From positions 21,762,001-21,826,000 of the forward strand of contig OZ024754.1 of NCBI GenBank assembly GCA_964016885.1: DNA of 64,000 nt, in the 5' to 3' direction. The translations under genes and the position numbers were made by a program. Below are positions 11,430 through 24,909 of the stretch, in pieces. Below the pieces are notes generated by a model. The model saw nothing but the letters and a program-made list of their open reading frames with translations, was not told the DNA's origin and searched no databases. Every line of letters starts with the position of its first letter. The stretch's first letter is position 1. The stretch is from Eledone cirrhosa. Lineage: Eukaryota.

Positions 11430-13091
11430 AGCACCTCTTTGTAGACGATATTGCGTGTCATCTCTTGAGGAGTGTAAGCAAAAAGTCCATTCCTGCTCCC
11501 TACGCTGGAACAGGCAACATAAAGTTGGCCATGGGAGAAGCATGGCTCCCCCAAATGGATGCCCGCCACTGACAATGTTTTCCCTTGTGACTTGTTAATG
11601 GACATAGCAAAACATGGTCTCACCGGGAATTGGGATCGCTGGAAATCGAACGGGATATCTGACGCCAAGGGGGAAAGGTTCATCCTTGGAATAAAAACAT
11701 TCTCCCCTCTCCCGCACCCCGTTACAATGGTGGCCTCAATCAAGTGGGGCGTCAGTGACTTGACGACCATGCAAGTACCGTTGCACTGCTTTGGTGGATG
11801 CAAGTTCCTTATTAGCATAATGGGACTGCCAACCCTAAGCTTAAGAATGTGAGGTGGGAGCCCTGGGGGGCTCAAGAGAATTTAATAACTCAACCGGATA
11901 ATTAACGATATCGTTGGGGTCTGACGTCCGGTCGATAGATTTGAAGATGTGTTCTTTATCGGGAATTTTCTAAATCAGCTGCTCGTTAATAAAATTAACC
12001 ATGGTATTTTTCGGAGCAAGGATGGCTCTTTCGCTGAGCCAATCGAGGTTTTTAAAGTTAGATGAGACATTAGGAAAAACTGCTTCCCAAAGGTCAGAAG
12101 GGCTGCTCACAATGTTGCACAGGGAGTTGATTGCTATGCTGGCCTTGTCATCCGCAGGGACCTTGCCCTCACCAAGTGCTAAAATATTCTGAGCAAATAC
12201 TGCAGACATGTTGTCACCATGCAAATGAGCACGCATATTTGTGCTCAGGTACAAACTCTTCACCTGGAGCCACAACATGGACGACTTAAGGCAGGTATGC
12301 ACTTCATCAGCTCTTGTCCCTTTGGGGATGACAGGCAGCGTTTGCCGAAAATCCCCTGATAGCAGAAGGGTTACGCCACCCATAGGAGCCGTAGAATCCC
12401 TAATGTCTTTCAGGGTCCTGTCCAATGCCTCAAGGGCACCCTTGTGTGCCATTGTGCACTCATCCAAAACAATGAGGCAACATTTTTTGAGAACCAGAGC
12501 TTCGTGTGAACTCTTGCTGATATTGCATGTTGGTGTCTCAGTTTTTACTATATCCAAGGGGAGTTTAAAGGTTGAATGTGCTGTCCTGCCTCCCGGCAGC
12601 AAAGTAGCAGCGATCCCGGACGATGCAACAGCCAACGCAATTTTTTTCTCCTGACGAATCTTAGCGAGAATCAATTTCGTTACATAAGTTTTTCCGGTAC
12701 CCCCAGGAGCATTGAGAAAGTAAATACCCCCAATCTGATTTTGAACCGCATCAATGATAGTTAAATAGGCCAACCTTTGGTCCGACAGAAGTTTGGGGTC
12801 ATTTTCCTCTAAGTATTGGGAAAGAGATTCGATGTCATATGCTGTTTCCCACAACAAATCCGGGGCCAACATGTTAGCTTCCTCTCTGACGGTTGACGGC
12901 AAGCCATACGTCGCCAACTCACTCCCACCCATGTCGAGCAGGGCGTCCTCGATATCAATGAGTGCCCTGTTGTAGATAATGTCGCTGTAACCAACTTCCA
13001 CTGAAGTATACTGCAGATGAGCCAGGCGCAGGAAGTCCTCAGGCATGAAGTCTCTGTACTTGACCCATAAAGATTTGAAGCAAAATGGCAA
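11430..13091 (-). pseudogene. Helitron Pif1-family SF1 helicase, disrupted
   Basis: Walker A APGGTGKT, GGRTAHSTFKLP, DECTM, GDFRQTLPV, QFPVRPCFAMSINKSQG, HGQLYVACS. Confidence 0.9.
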
Positions 13092-13108
13092 AGAGTTCCC
13101 GTAGAGCT

Positions 13109-14323
13109 TTAGGTGATTTCAACAACAGTGGAATCCCATTGCGAATCATCTTCCAAAAAACCATGCTTAAAGCAGGCTTCCCGATACGTATCACATATTT
13201 CTCCATCAATAGTTTTGAGGTCCTGAAAACTTTGTGGGCCTACAACTTCATGCAGAAGAAGACAGAGATGAAAGCACTCATGCTGACTTGGGGGCACAGT
13301 GTAAACCCTTCCAAGACAGCTGTCAAATTTTACACCAGGATGTCTTTCAACAGACTGATCTGACTTTCTTCGCACCCAAGTGTTTTTCGACCATATAAAG
13401 TAGGATGGAACCTGGGGTACACAATTGCGCAAATGTATCGAACTGGCAAAGTGGTCTCTTTCGGATCGGCGGCCAACTTGGCGGTGGTTTGGTCCGTAAA
13501 GTTTGATCCTTTGCCCATTTTCCAAATGTACCGCAAGCTGTAAGATGGCGGGGTGACGTTGGTGTAGGGGTAAACCAAATAGGCGCCAAAAAGCGTCATT
13601 GCTACGTACCGCCAAAAAGCGTCATTGCTACGTACCGCCCCGCCAAGTATTGTGTGACTAGTCCCTGCTATTTTCAGCTTGAAATGCGAACATTGCGGCA
13701 TCAGAGCCCTTATTTACATATTTACATATGTATTTTATTGACTTGACGGAGTTGCAAAACTCAACGTTGATGTGGGCGTTGAACATCTTCAAGAGAAGTG
13801 GGCAGTAAGAGACCACCCATCTATTGTAGAATTGACCTCCCTTTACTGTTGTGGTGTAGCCACCGTTCTCGGGCCGTCCCCGCCTGTACAGGGGGTACCC
13901 GTCGCCACCAGTCTAAGTCTCGTCAACAAATTTTTTGGGGTATCCCTTACTGCATGACTCCCCTTTCAGACACGTGTGATGCTCATTAGGACCCGATGCA
14001 CACGGACCATGAATCATGTTACCTTTGACGATGTCATGTAATTCCTGGTCAGTTGCTGGGTTAGGGATTTCAGCTGAAATGAAGCTGTCTATGGCATTTG
14101 AATTGATTTTATCAGCTAACCAAATCAAAATGTGAGCCTGTGGCAGCCCTCGTTTTTGCCATTCGACGGTGAACATGTCATATTTTACAGCCCCAAATAC
14201 CTGACCCTTTTTGATTAAATCCATGAGTTTAGCCAGTTTCAGTCTGAACACTCTGGCAATGAGGTCATGTCTGTTCGAATAATTTTGCCCAGGAAAAAGT
14301 TCACGAGTTACATTCCGATTCAT
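13109..14323 (-). pseudogene. Helitron Rep (HUH endonuclease) fragments
   Basis: VEWQKRGLPQAHIL (motif 2 with the first His changed to Gln), SAEIP, MIHGPC, CSKGYPK. A 26-bp tandem duplication at 13584-13635 shifts the frame. Confidence 0.85.
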
Positions 14324-14747
14324 GTGTCTATAGCATTAATCTGTTATATGAAGTGTTATTTTGCGGGTTGTTATTTGCAATAAGCTGATTGAAAATGCCC
14401 CAGATAAGCCGTATGTCAATACGGAATGCTCAAAACAGAACACTCAATACAGAACGCTCCACTGCAGTGTTGTCATATAGGGAGTAAAGAGCAACAGAGA
14501 GAGTAAAGCAGTTAAATTATAGAGAGGGGGAATGATCATGATCGATTTTAGCCCTTATTGTTGATGGATTTGAAATTTTTTTGCTTCATGTCCTTTTCCT
14601 GACCAAAAGCAATACTTGTCCCGACTTTGAATAGAATCCATTGGAAATTGTGCACGTGAATCCGTTACAAACCTTAACACACACATCCTCAGCTTTATAT
14701 ATATAGATATATATAGATATTATATATATATATATATATAATATATA

Positions 14748-15568
<821 letters not shown>

Positions 15569-15574
15569 ATATAC

Positions 15575-15897
15575 ATGGCTTAGTGGTTAGAGCATTGGCA
15601 TTGCAATCGAAAGGTTGTGAGTTCAATTCTCAGACCGGGTGATGTGTTGTTTCCTTGAGCAAGACACTTTATTTCACATTGCTCCAGTTTACTCAGCTGT
15701 AGAAATGAGATGATAGGGACTGGGTTCCCCTATCATTCCACTGCAAAGTGGACGTGTAGGCACCACAGCAAAAAAGCACCCACTGTAAATGAGGTTGGTG
15801 TTAGGAAGGGCATCCAGCTGTAGAAATCAAGCCAAAATCAGTTCCCGTCTCACCCTTGCAAGCAGGGAAAAGCGGACGTAAAATGAAATGATGATGA
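15575..15897 (+). mobile_element. tRNA-derived SINE with RTE-type tail
   Basis: A box TGGCTTAGTGG, B box GAGTTCAATTC, central ccttgagcaagacact domain, tail shared with the RTE 3' UTR, (ATG)n end. Confidence 0.88.
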
Positions 15898-16060
15898 ATA
15901 TATATATATAATATATATATATATATAATATATATATATATAATATATATATATATATTACATATATATATATATAATATATATATATATATTCATGATC
16001 ATCATCATCATCATTTCATTTTATATATATAATATATATATATATATATTATATATATAT

Positions 16061-16645
16061 AGTTGGTGCTACTGGTAACATGTATCCCAGTACAACCTGT
16101 CCCATGGTCGGGTCGTTGGCGACTAAACTGGCAACCCCACCAAGGTTTCTTGGTGAGGAGGGTGACTTTGGACATCCTGCAGGACTAAAAACAAAACCTG
16201 TCAAAGAGCAAAGGAGCTCTTAAGAGTCAATGGCCATCCAAAATCACCGGGAGAGATGACCCCTTAGCCTTTGTCAAGGCAGAATTCTAGGAGAAGGAAA
16301 CTCTGATATAACACCTGTTGAAGGTATCCAACGATGTTGACTTGTTCTTCTTTTTGGTAAATATCATCTTGGTTAAGAGAGTGGGACTGGCCTTGTGCAA
16401 TGCTCACTATAAAAGTTTCACGGCACAGGCATTGCTTTATATCTGGAGATCTCTCTGGACTTGTCGTCACATGGTACCATGGGGCCAGCACTATGTGTCA
16501 ATAATTGTCACAAGTGTAGTGTTTGTACCAGAGTTTTCAAGTCGCTGGCTGGACTAAAAAGTCACACTTGTTCAGCGCATCGGTAGGAGTTCTCCTACAT
16601 GGATATAAAGTAGTGGCCGTACTCGAAAACGAGTTGGCAGCCACC

Positions 16646-16646
<1 letters not shown>
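16061..16646 (+). mobile_element. non-coding hairpin-rich insert, probably derived from a non-LTR (RTE-like) 5' UTR
   Basis: Bounded by (TA)n. Contains ctaggagaaggaaactctga (16287-16306), which I recall from RTE 5' UTRs, and several hairpins. Confidence 0.4.
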
Positions 16647-16690
<44 letters not shown>

Positions 16691-16739
16691 TATATATATA
16701 ATATATATATATAATATATATATATATATATAATATATA

Positions 16740-17209
16740 TTGAAGCTATTGAAGAGATAAGACACTCTATTCTGAAAGACTAAAATGAATCACTAGAGTT
16801 GATTTGGCTTCGTTCCAGTCATCCATCCATACAAATTTTATGAAGGTATTTCAGCTCCCACAACACATCTACTTTGTTATTCTCCTACCATGCTGACTCT
16901 GTCTATTTTTCCTCGTCTCTGTCTATTTTTCCATCAAAGGCTACAGGCTACTAGATGAAATATGAATGGCTATTATTATTAATATTATTGTTGATGTATT
17001 CTATCGGCTACTTTGCCATGCGGCGACCCTCTCTCTCTCTATGATGGCTACCCTCTCTCTATCTATCTCTAAGCCACCCATTACCTCCCGTTCCCTCTTC
17101 ACCCATTCCACCTCACTCATCTTGAAGCTATTGAAGAGATAAGACACTCTATTCTGAAAGGCTAAAATGAATCACTAGAGTTGATTTGGCTTCGTTCCAG
17201 ACATCCATC
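16740..17209 (+). repeat. 88-bp direct repeat pair (16740-16827, 17122-17209)
   Basis: ttgaagctattgaagagataagacactc...catccatc occurs twice with 2 mismatches. Confidence 0.9.
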
Positions 17210-20200
17210 TTGACGGCGACTCTTTCTCCCTACCTCACAATTTCCCTCCCACCCACCCCTCACACCACCCACCCACCCATCACACCACCATAGCCTATTC
17301 GACTAATCAAACCTCAGCATGCCATTTCTTCTGCTACTACTACCTAACTAACTCTCTCCTCCCCTGTCCCAGCCCAACACACCCTGCCATTATTCCACCA
17401 CCACTGTTCTTCTAGCCCTGAATTTTCTTACTGTTATGGATGGATGAGCTGCGAATAAATTTGAGCGACTAGATGAAATATGAATCTGCGAGCTACCAAG
17501 CACCCATGTGAAGCGCCAATCCAGAGACCCTTCCGTACGAGTGTCGACAAATGCCCAAAACTCCGAGTTGGTACCATCAATGTAGGCACGATGAAAGGAA
17601 GAGCAGGAGAAATCGTAGAAATGCTAGAGCGAAAGGAAATTGATGTATGCTGTGTGCAAGAAACTAGATGGAGAGGAGAGTCTGCTAGAGTCCTTGTAGG
17701 AAAAAGTCGGTGCTACAAATTTTTCTGGGTGGGAAATGACGATGGGATGGGTGGTGTAGGTATACTACTAGCTGACAAGTGGGTAGATAAAGTAATCTCA
17801 GTGTACAGGGTAAATACAAGAATCATTAAACTCAGACTAGTCCTGAATAAAACAATTACCACAATAATATCAGCTTACGCACCCCAATCGGGGCTGCCAG
17901 ACGAACTTAAGGATAGGTTTTACGAGTCCCTAATGCACACTACTGCTCTAACAGACGACAATGACTTCCTAATCATCGCAGGAGATTTTAACGGACACGT
18001 AGGTAAACACTGCGACGGCTTCAATAGAGTACATGGAGGCCATGGGGTTGGCACAAGAAATGAAGAAGGATTCAGACTTCTAGAATTCTGCGACGCCAAT
18101 GACATGTCGACATGTAACACAAACTTTAAAAAACCCGACAACCACCTGATCACCTATAGATCAGGGGAGCACTCTAGTCAGATAGATTTTATCCTCATCA
18201 GAGGACGTGACAGATGGATGATCGTAAACACAAAAGCCTTCCCTAGTGAGGAATGTACATCCCAACGTAGCTTAGTTGTCAGCGACCTCACAGTCAGAAC
18301 TAGACGAACCTGGAAACAGAGGCCAACCTGGAGAAGAAAGATCTGGAAGCTGAAAGACCCCTCAACCAGTAACAGATTTAAAGATATTTTACTCAACAGT
18401 AAAGAAGAACAGATAGAGACATTCAATGTAGAAAATCACTGGGAGTTCCTAAAAAATAACTTACTAGAGGCGACGGATGAGGTCTGTGGCTGGAGTAAGA
18501 CCTCAAGCAAGAGGAGAGTGACTTGGTGGTGGAACAATAAGGTAGATGAAGCAGTTAAGGCCAAGAGACAGGCATGGAAAGAATGGAAGAACGGGGAGAG
18601 CAGGGTACATTACATAGAGACCAAGAGGGAAGCTAGGCGACAAGTATACTTAGCTAGGAGGGAAGCAGAGGATAGAAAATTCAAGCATGTTTTGCAACGT
18701 GGGGACCAGAAACAGGAGGTTTCAAGATTGCGAGGCAGTGTGTCAGAGAGAGTTGTGATGTCATTGGAGAGAAGTGTATCCGGAATGATAAAGGTGAGCT
18801 TGCCCTCACAAGTGCTGAGAAGAAAGATGCATGGAAGAGTCATTATGATAGATTACTAAATGAGGAGAATGCATGGGAAGAAGAGACCCTACCCCAAGTA
18901 GACCCTATAGAGGGGCCAGCAGTACAAGTCAGCAGCAACGTAGTAAGTAAGGCAATCAAAGATATGAAGATGGGGAAGGCAACCGGTCCATCGGGTATAG
19001 CTACCGAGATGCTGAAGGCATCTGGGTCTGTAGGTCACACTGTAACCACACGTATTGTTAATCAGGTAATACTAGAAGGTGTCATACCAAAAGATTGGTG
19101 CAGTAGCATCATTGTCAACTGCTACAAAGGTAAAGGTGATGCACTAGATAGAGGAAACTATAGAGGTATAAAGCTGATGGACCAGGTCATGAAAGTAACA
19201 GAAAGAGTTATAGCACAGTTGATTAGGGACCGGGTGAAACTAGACGAGATGCAATTTGGGTTTGTACCAGGAAGAGGCACCACTGATGCCCTCTTCCTTG
19301 TCAGGCAGTTACAGGAAAAGTACCTAGCTAAAAGTAAGCCACTCTACCTGGCATTTGTCGACCTTGAGAAAGCCTTTGACAGAGTTCCACGTGCTGTAAT
19401 CTGGTGGGCTCTTAGAAAACTAGGAGTAGATGAATGGCTTGTGAAAGCGGTACAAGCCATGTATAGGGGAGCAGTCAGCAAAGTTAGGATTAGCAATGAG
19501 TATAGCGAGGAATTTAGCGTACAGGTTGGGGTCCACCAGAGCTCTGTTCTTAGCCCCCTCCTGTTCATCATAGTCCTGCAGGCAATAACGGAGGAGTTTA
19601 AGACCGGATGCCCATGGGAACTCCTGTATGCTGATGACCTCGCACTTATAGCTGAATCTATGTTAGAACTAGAGAATAAATTCCAAACTTGGAAGCAGGG
19701 ACTAGAAAGAAAGGGTCTCAAAGTCAACATGACAAAGACTAAGGTCCTTGTAAGTAGACAAGAAAACAGAACCCAGATCCCCTCAGGGAAATGGCCTTGC
19801 TCAGTATGTAGGAAAGGTGTAGGTAGGAACTCCATTCTCTGCCCCAAATGCAAACAATGGGTACACAAGAGATGTAGCGGGATCTCAGGAAGCTTAATTA
19901 AGAATGTAGGCTTCACATGCAGCAGCTGTGCTGGGACAGCAAGCAGTAAACAGCCACAGGAAACAAGTACCACCAATCTCTGGGAGGGCTCTGTAGAAAC
20001 AGTAGACAGCTTCTGCTACCTAGGTGACCGAATTAGCAGCGGAGGTGGGTGTTCAGAAAGTACAATAACTAGGGTAAGAACGGGATGGAAGAAGTTTAGG
20101 GAACTACTACCACTGCTAGCTGCAAAAGGCTTCTCCCTCAAAATGAAAGGCAGACTGTATGATGCGTGTATCCGAACAGCGATGTTGCATGGTAGTGAGA

Positions 20201-20895
20201 CCTGGGCGCTGAAGGTGGAAGACTTACGTAGATTAGAGAGAAACGAAGCCTGCATGCTCCGATGGATGTGTAACAGTAATATACGCGAACGACAAAGCAT
20301 AAATGAATTGAGAGAGAGATTGAGCATAAGAGGAATCAAATGCTGTGTGCAGGAGAGGGGGTTGCGCTGGTATGGATATGTGATGCGTATGAAGGATGAC
20401 AGCTGCATAAAAAGGTGCAGAGCACTAGAAGTCGATGGAAACCGCGGAGTGGGGAGACCCAAGATGACCTGGGATGAGGTGATAAAAGCCGACCTTACCC
20501 AACTACACCTCTCAAAGGCGATGACACACGACCGTGACCTCTGGCGTCACGCAGTAATACAGAGTACCCGACCTCCCATGGGTACAAGCTGAAGCATATA
20601 GACAATATGCCCCCACACCCACCCCACCGCAAGGTGGTCGTGGAGGTGCCACGGCAAAACAGCACCCAGCCCACACTGTAAAGTGGACGTGTAGGCGCCA
20701 CGAAAAAGCACCCAGCACTCACTGTAAATGAGGTTGGTGTTAGGAAGGGCATCCAGCTGTAGAAATCAAGCCAAATCAGTTCCTGTATGAGCAAGGCATG
20801 GTCAGCCGACCAGACACTGCCCACAACAGGACAACCCGTCTAACCCATGCTAGCGTGGAAGAACGGACGTAAAACGGTGATGATGATAATGATGA
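17210..20895 (+). mobile_element. near full-length RTE-clade LINE, subfamily B
   Basis: APE endonuclease (GTINV, QETR, SAYAP, GDFN, QIDFI) plus RT (YADD), 3' UTR and (ATG)n tail. The 5' boundary is uncertain. Confidence 0.95.
17480..20592 (+). pseudogene. RTE APE-RT polyprotein with one frameshift near 18720 (~1037 aa if restored)
   Basis: gaggt-ttcaag here versus gaggtgttcagg in the paralogue at ~26481. The downstream frame is open from 18721 into ORF 18964-20592. QGS motif reads QSS. Confidence 0.88.
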
Positions 20896-20951
20896 TATAT
20901 ATATATATATAATATATATATATATATAATATATATATATATATAATATAT

Positions 20952-20983
<32 letters not shown>

Positions 20984-21161
20984 ATATATATACGGGGTAA
21001 CAGATTATTGTTATAGGTAGTCCACTTAAGTGTAGTCTAGTTATGGTACTCCGGGTAGTGGATGATATCAACACTTGGCTAAGTTTGACTCAACAAGGCG
21101 TTTCCATAGTGATGTTGCGAGTACGCTGTAATTCCTATGTTGTAAACACTTGGAGTAATAA

Positions 21162-21423
21162 TAAATCAGGAAAGAAGAGTGACGCGGTTTGCTATACAAA
21201 AAAGGTTTTTAATCTCATTGCTGACAATTGTTTCTCTGAACTGGTAGGTCTAGAGATCGCTAACCACTTGTTTTCACGTTATAACTTTATATTGGTGATC
21301 GAATAACGTGAAAACAAGTGGTTAGCGATCTCTAGACCTACCAGTTCAGAGAAACAATTGTCAGCAATGAGATTAAAAACCTTTTTTGTATAGCAAACCG
21401 TGTCACTCTTCTTTCCTGATTTA
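21162..21423. repeat. ~120-bp near-perfect fold-back of a Penelope pLTR fragment (loop ~20 nt)
   Basis: taaatcaggaaagaagagtgac...cacgttat / ataacgtg...gtcactcttctttcctgattta. Arms contain gaaacaattgtc and resemble 2220-2310. Confidence 0.9.
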
Positions 21424-21780
21424 TATAATATATATATATATAATATATATATATATTATATATATATATATATATATAATATATATATAATATATATATA
21501 TAATATATATATATAATATATATATAATATATATATATAATATATATATAATATATATATATAATATATATATATAATATATATATATAATATATATATA
21601 ATATATATATATATAATATATATATATTATATATATATATATATATTATATATATATATATTATATATATATATTATATATATATATATTATATATATAT
21701 ATATATATAATATATATATATAATATATATATATAATATATATATATAATATATATATAATATATATATAATATATATAT

Positions 21781-21834
<54 letters not shown>

Positions 21835-21855
21835 ATATAAATAATATATATACCA

Positions 21856-23325
21856 GTGGAGTTCATGACCGGCTGCCCATGGGAACTCCTATACGCAGAT
21901 GATCTAACGCTCATAGCTGAATCAATGGCCGAGCTAGAGAAGAAATTCCAAACATGGAAGCATGGCCTAGAATCAAAAGGCCTTAAAATGAACCTGGCTA
22001 AGACTAAAGTTCTAGTTTGTAGGAAAGAAATAAGGCGACGGTCCCTTCCGGGAAATGGCCTTGCTCAGTGTGTAGGAAAGGCGTAGGTAGAAATGCAAAG
22101 TATGGGTGCATAAAAGATGTAGTGGGATCACAGGTAAGCTAACTAAGAACATAGATTTTACATGTGGCCGGTGCTCTGGTGCAATAAGTAGCAGCAAGTG
22201 CCCACAAAATACTAGCTCTTTCAATTGCGCAGAGGGTTCTATAGAAATAGTGGACAGCTTCCGTTACCTGGGTGACAAAATCAGCAGTGGGGGAGGGTGC
22301 TCTGAAAGTACAGTAGCTAGAGTCAGAACTGGATGGAAAAAGTTCAGAGAGCTTATACCACTATTAGCCACTAAAGGGTTCTCCCTAAAAATGAAAGGCA
22401 GGTTGTATGATGCCTGCATACGAACAGCAATGTTGCATGGCAGTGAGACCTGGGCATTGTGTGCAGAGGATATACACAGACTGGAGAGGAACGAAGCTTG
22501 CATGCTCCGCTGGATGTGTAATAGTAATATACGTGAATAGCAAAGCATAAACGAACTAAGGAAAAAATTAGAAATAAGAGGGATCAGATGTTGTTTACTC
22601 GAGAGAAGGCTACGTTGGTATGGTCACGTGATGCGCATGAAAGACGACAGCTGTATAACAAAGTGCAGGGCAATAAAGATAGATGGTAGCCACGGAGTAG
22701 GCAGACCCAGAAAAACCTGGGACGAGCTGATAAATTCCGACCTCACACACTTACACCTCTCCAAGACAATGTCACTGGACCGAGACCTTTGGCGGTACTC
22801 AGTAATAGAGAAGACCCGCCTTACCTAAATACAAAGTAAAACCTACTACAGTCAGTAGGCATCTCTAACAAAATACCCCCCCCCCCCCCCCCATCCACAC
22901 CGCCCCTTTCAATGTAAAGTTATGTTGGTGCCACAACATCCAGGCCGAAACAAATGAGATCGTGTAGGTGTCACGACAAAAAAACACACAGGCCACGCTG
23001 TAAATGTGGCCGTGTAGGCAACACGGTAAAAACCTCCCAGCCCCACACTGTAAATGTGGTTGGTGTTAGGAAGGGCATCCAGCTGTAGAAAACCCGCCAG
23101 ACAGTCCACGCTGTAATGTGGCCGTGTAGGTAACACAGTAAAAACCTCCCAGCCCCACACTGTAAATGAGGTTGGTGTTAGGAAGGGCATCCAGCTGTAG
23201 AAAACCCGCCAGACAGTCCTATGCGAGCAAGACAATCACTCTTGCCTCAAGTGGGAAAACCCCCGTCCAAACCCATGCAAGCGTGGAACACGGACGTTAA
23301 ACGTTGATGATGATGATGATGATGA
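21856..23325 (+). mobile_element. RTE-clade LINE subfamily A, 5'-truncated and disrupted
   Basis: Runs from YADD to KTRLT* with frameshifts and a stop; has the same 3' UTR duplication as 3223-4636; (ATG)n tail. Confidence 0.93.
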
Positions 23326-23414
23326 TATATATATGTATATATATATATATACATTTATACATATATGTATACATATATACATATATATATATATGTATAC
23401 ATATATATGTATAC

Positions 23415-23567
<153 letters not shown>

Positions 23568-23858
23568 TAGATAAGCCTACAGCCTCCCTCTCTCTCTCAG
23601 CAAGTATAAAATGAACCTGTCGGTGGTCAAAAATGTCAGAATTCTTTGAATCTTTATCCCTGCCGAAGGGTCGCTTGAGAAATGTAATGTGTTTCACCCC
23701 ATTTTCTTGTCTCTCCACGTTTTACTCGGTCCATTTACTTAGAATCCAATCTTGATAATTCTGTCAGACCCTCAAAAACAATCTTCTTGTATTTAAACTC
23801 TGATTACTGTTATACGTTCATTTAATAACCTTCTCGTATTTAAACTTTGATATGCTAG

Positions 23859-24812
23859 ATCATCATCATCATCATCATCATCATCACCGTTTTACGTCCG
23901 TTCTTCCACGTAAGTCTTCCACCTTCAGCGCCCAGGTCTCACTACCATGCAACATCGCTGTTCGGATACACGCATCATACAGTCTGCCTTTCATTTTGAG
24001 GGAGAAGCCTTTTGCAGCTAGCAGTGGTAGTAGTTCCCTAAACTTCTTCCATCCCGTTCTTACCCTAGTTATTGTACTTTCTGAACACCCACCTCCGCTG
24101 CTAATTCGGTCACCTAGGTAGCAGAAGCTGTCTACTGTTTCTACAGAGCCCTCCCAGAGATTGGTGGTACTTGTTTCCTGTGGCTGTTTGCTGCTTGCTG
24201 TCCCAGCACAGCTGCTGCATGTGAAGCTTACATTTTTAATTAAGCTTCCTGAGATCCCGCTACATCTCTTGTGTACCCATTGTTTGCATTTGGGGCAGAG
24301 AATGGAGTTCCTACCTACACCTTTCCTACATACTGAGCAAGGCCATTTCCCTGAGGGGATCTGGGTTCTGTTTTCTTGTCTACTTACAAGGACCTTAGTC
24401 TTTGTCATGTTGACTTTGAGACCCTTTCTTTCTAGTCCCTGCTTCCAAGTTTGGAATTTATTCTCTAGTTCTAACATAGATTCAGCTATAAGTGCGAGGT
24501 CATCAGCATACAGGAGTTCCCATGGGCATCCGGTCTTAAACTCCTCCGTTATTGCCTGCAGGACTGTGATGAACAGGAGGGGGCTAAGAACAGAGCCCTG
24601 GTGGACCCCAACCTGTACGCTAAATTCCTCGCTATACTCATTGCTAATCCTAACTTTGCTGACTGCTCCCCTATACATGGCTTGTACCGCTTTCACAAGC
24701 CATTCATCTACTCCTAGTTTTCTAAGAGCCCACCAGATTACAGCATGTGGAACTCTGTCAAAGGCTTTCTCAAGGTCGACAAATGCCAGGTAGAGTGGCT
24801 TACTTTTAGCTA
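23859..24812 (-). mobile_element. RTE subfamily B copy, 5'-truncated with internal deletion
   Basis: Nearly identical to ~19325-20229, then joined directly to the last ~30 nt of the element and the (ATG)n tail. Confidence 0.92.
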
Positions 24813-24909
24813 GAGAATTCTGGAGTGTCTGAAAAATCTGGACACGCAAATGACAATGTCAAAGATAAAGATAAATTGACCTCATGCAAGGATTCCTCTT
24901 TATTTCAGA

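Larger units (their letters stand above)
11140..14707 (-). mobile_element. Helitron with both termini, internally deleted and frameshifted
   Basis: Minus 5' end A|TCTATATATATAAAGCTG; 3' end hairpin cccgagcaatgctggg then CTAG|T, so inserted in an AT site. Rep fragment 13913-14323; Pif1 helicase fragments 11970-13091 and 11276-11875. Confidence 0.92.

Noticed and set aside
15575-15645. tRNA genes at SINE heads
   Set aside because: A/B boxes are present, but I could not fold a full cloverleaf, and the sequence continues into SINE body and LINE tail in four copies.
16745-16790. ttgaaga...gaaa hammerhead-like spacing in the 88-bp repeat
   Set aside because: C3 is absent and stems I and III cannot be formed convincingly.
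19344-20462. Long antisense ORFs over RTE copies (also 10097-10912, 24161-24793)
   Set aside because: Shadow frames of RT coding sequence with no recognisable motifs.
23575-23858. Unique segment with short [13 protein letters not shown]... as a possible host exon
   Set aside because: No similarity to TRNT1 motifs that I can recognise, and the ORF runs into microsatellite; left unclassified.
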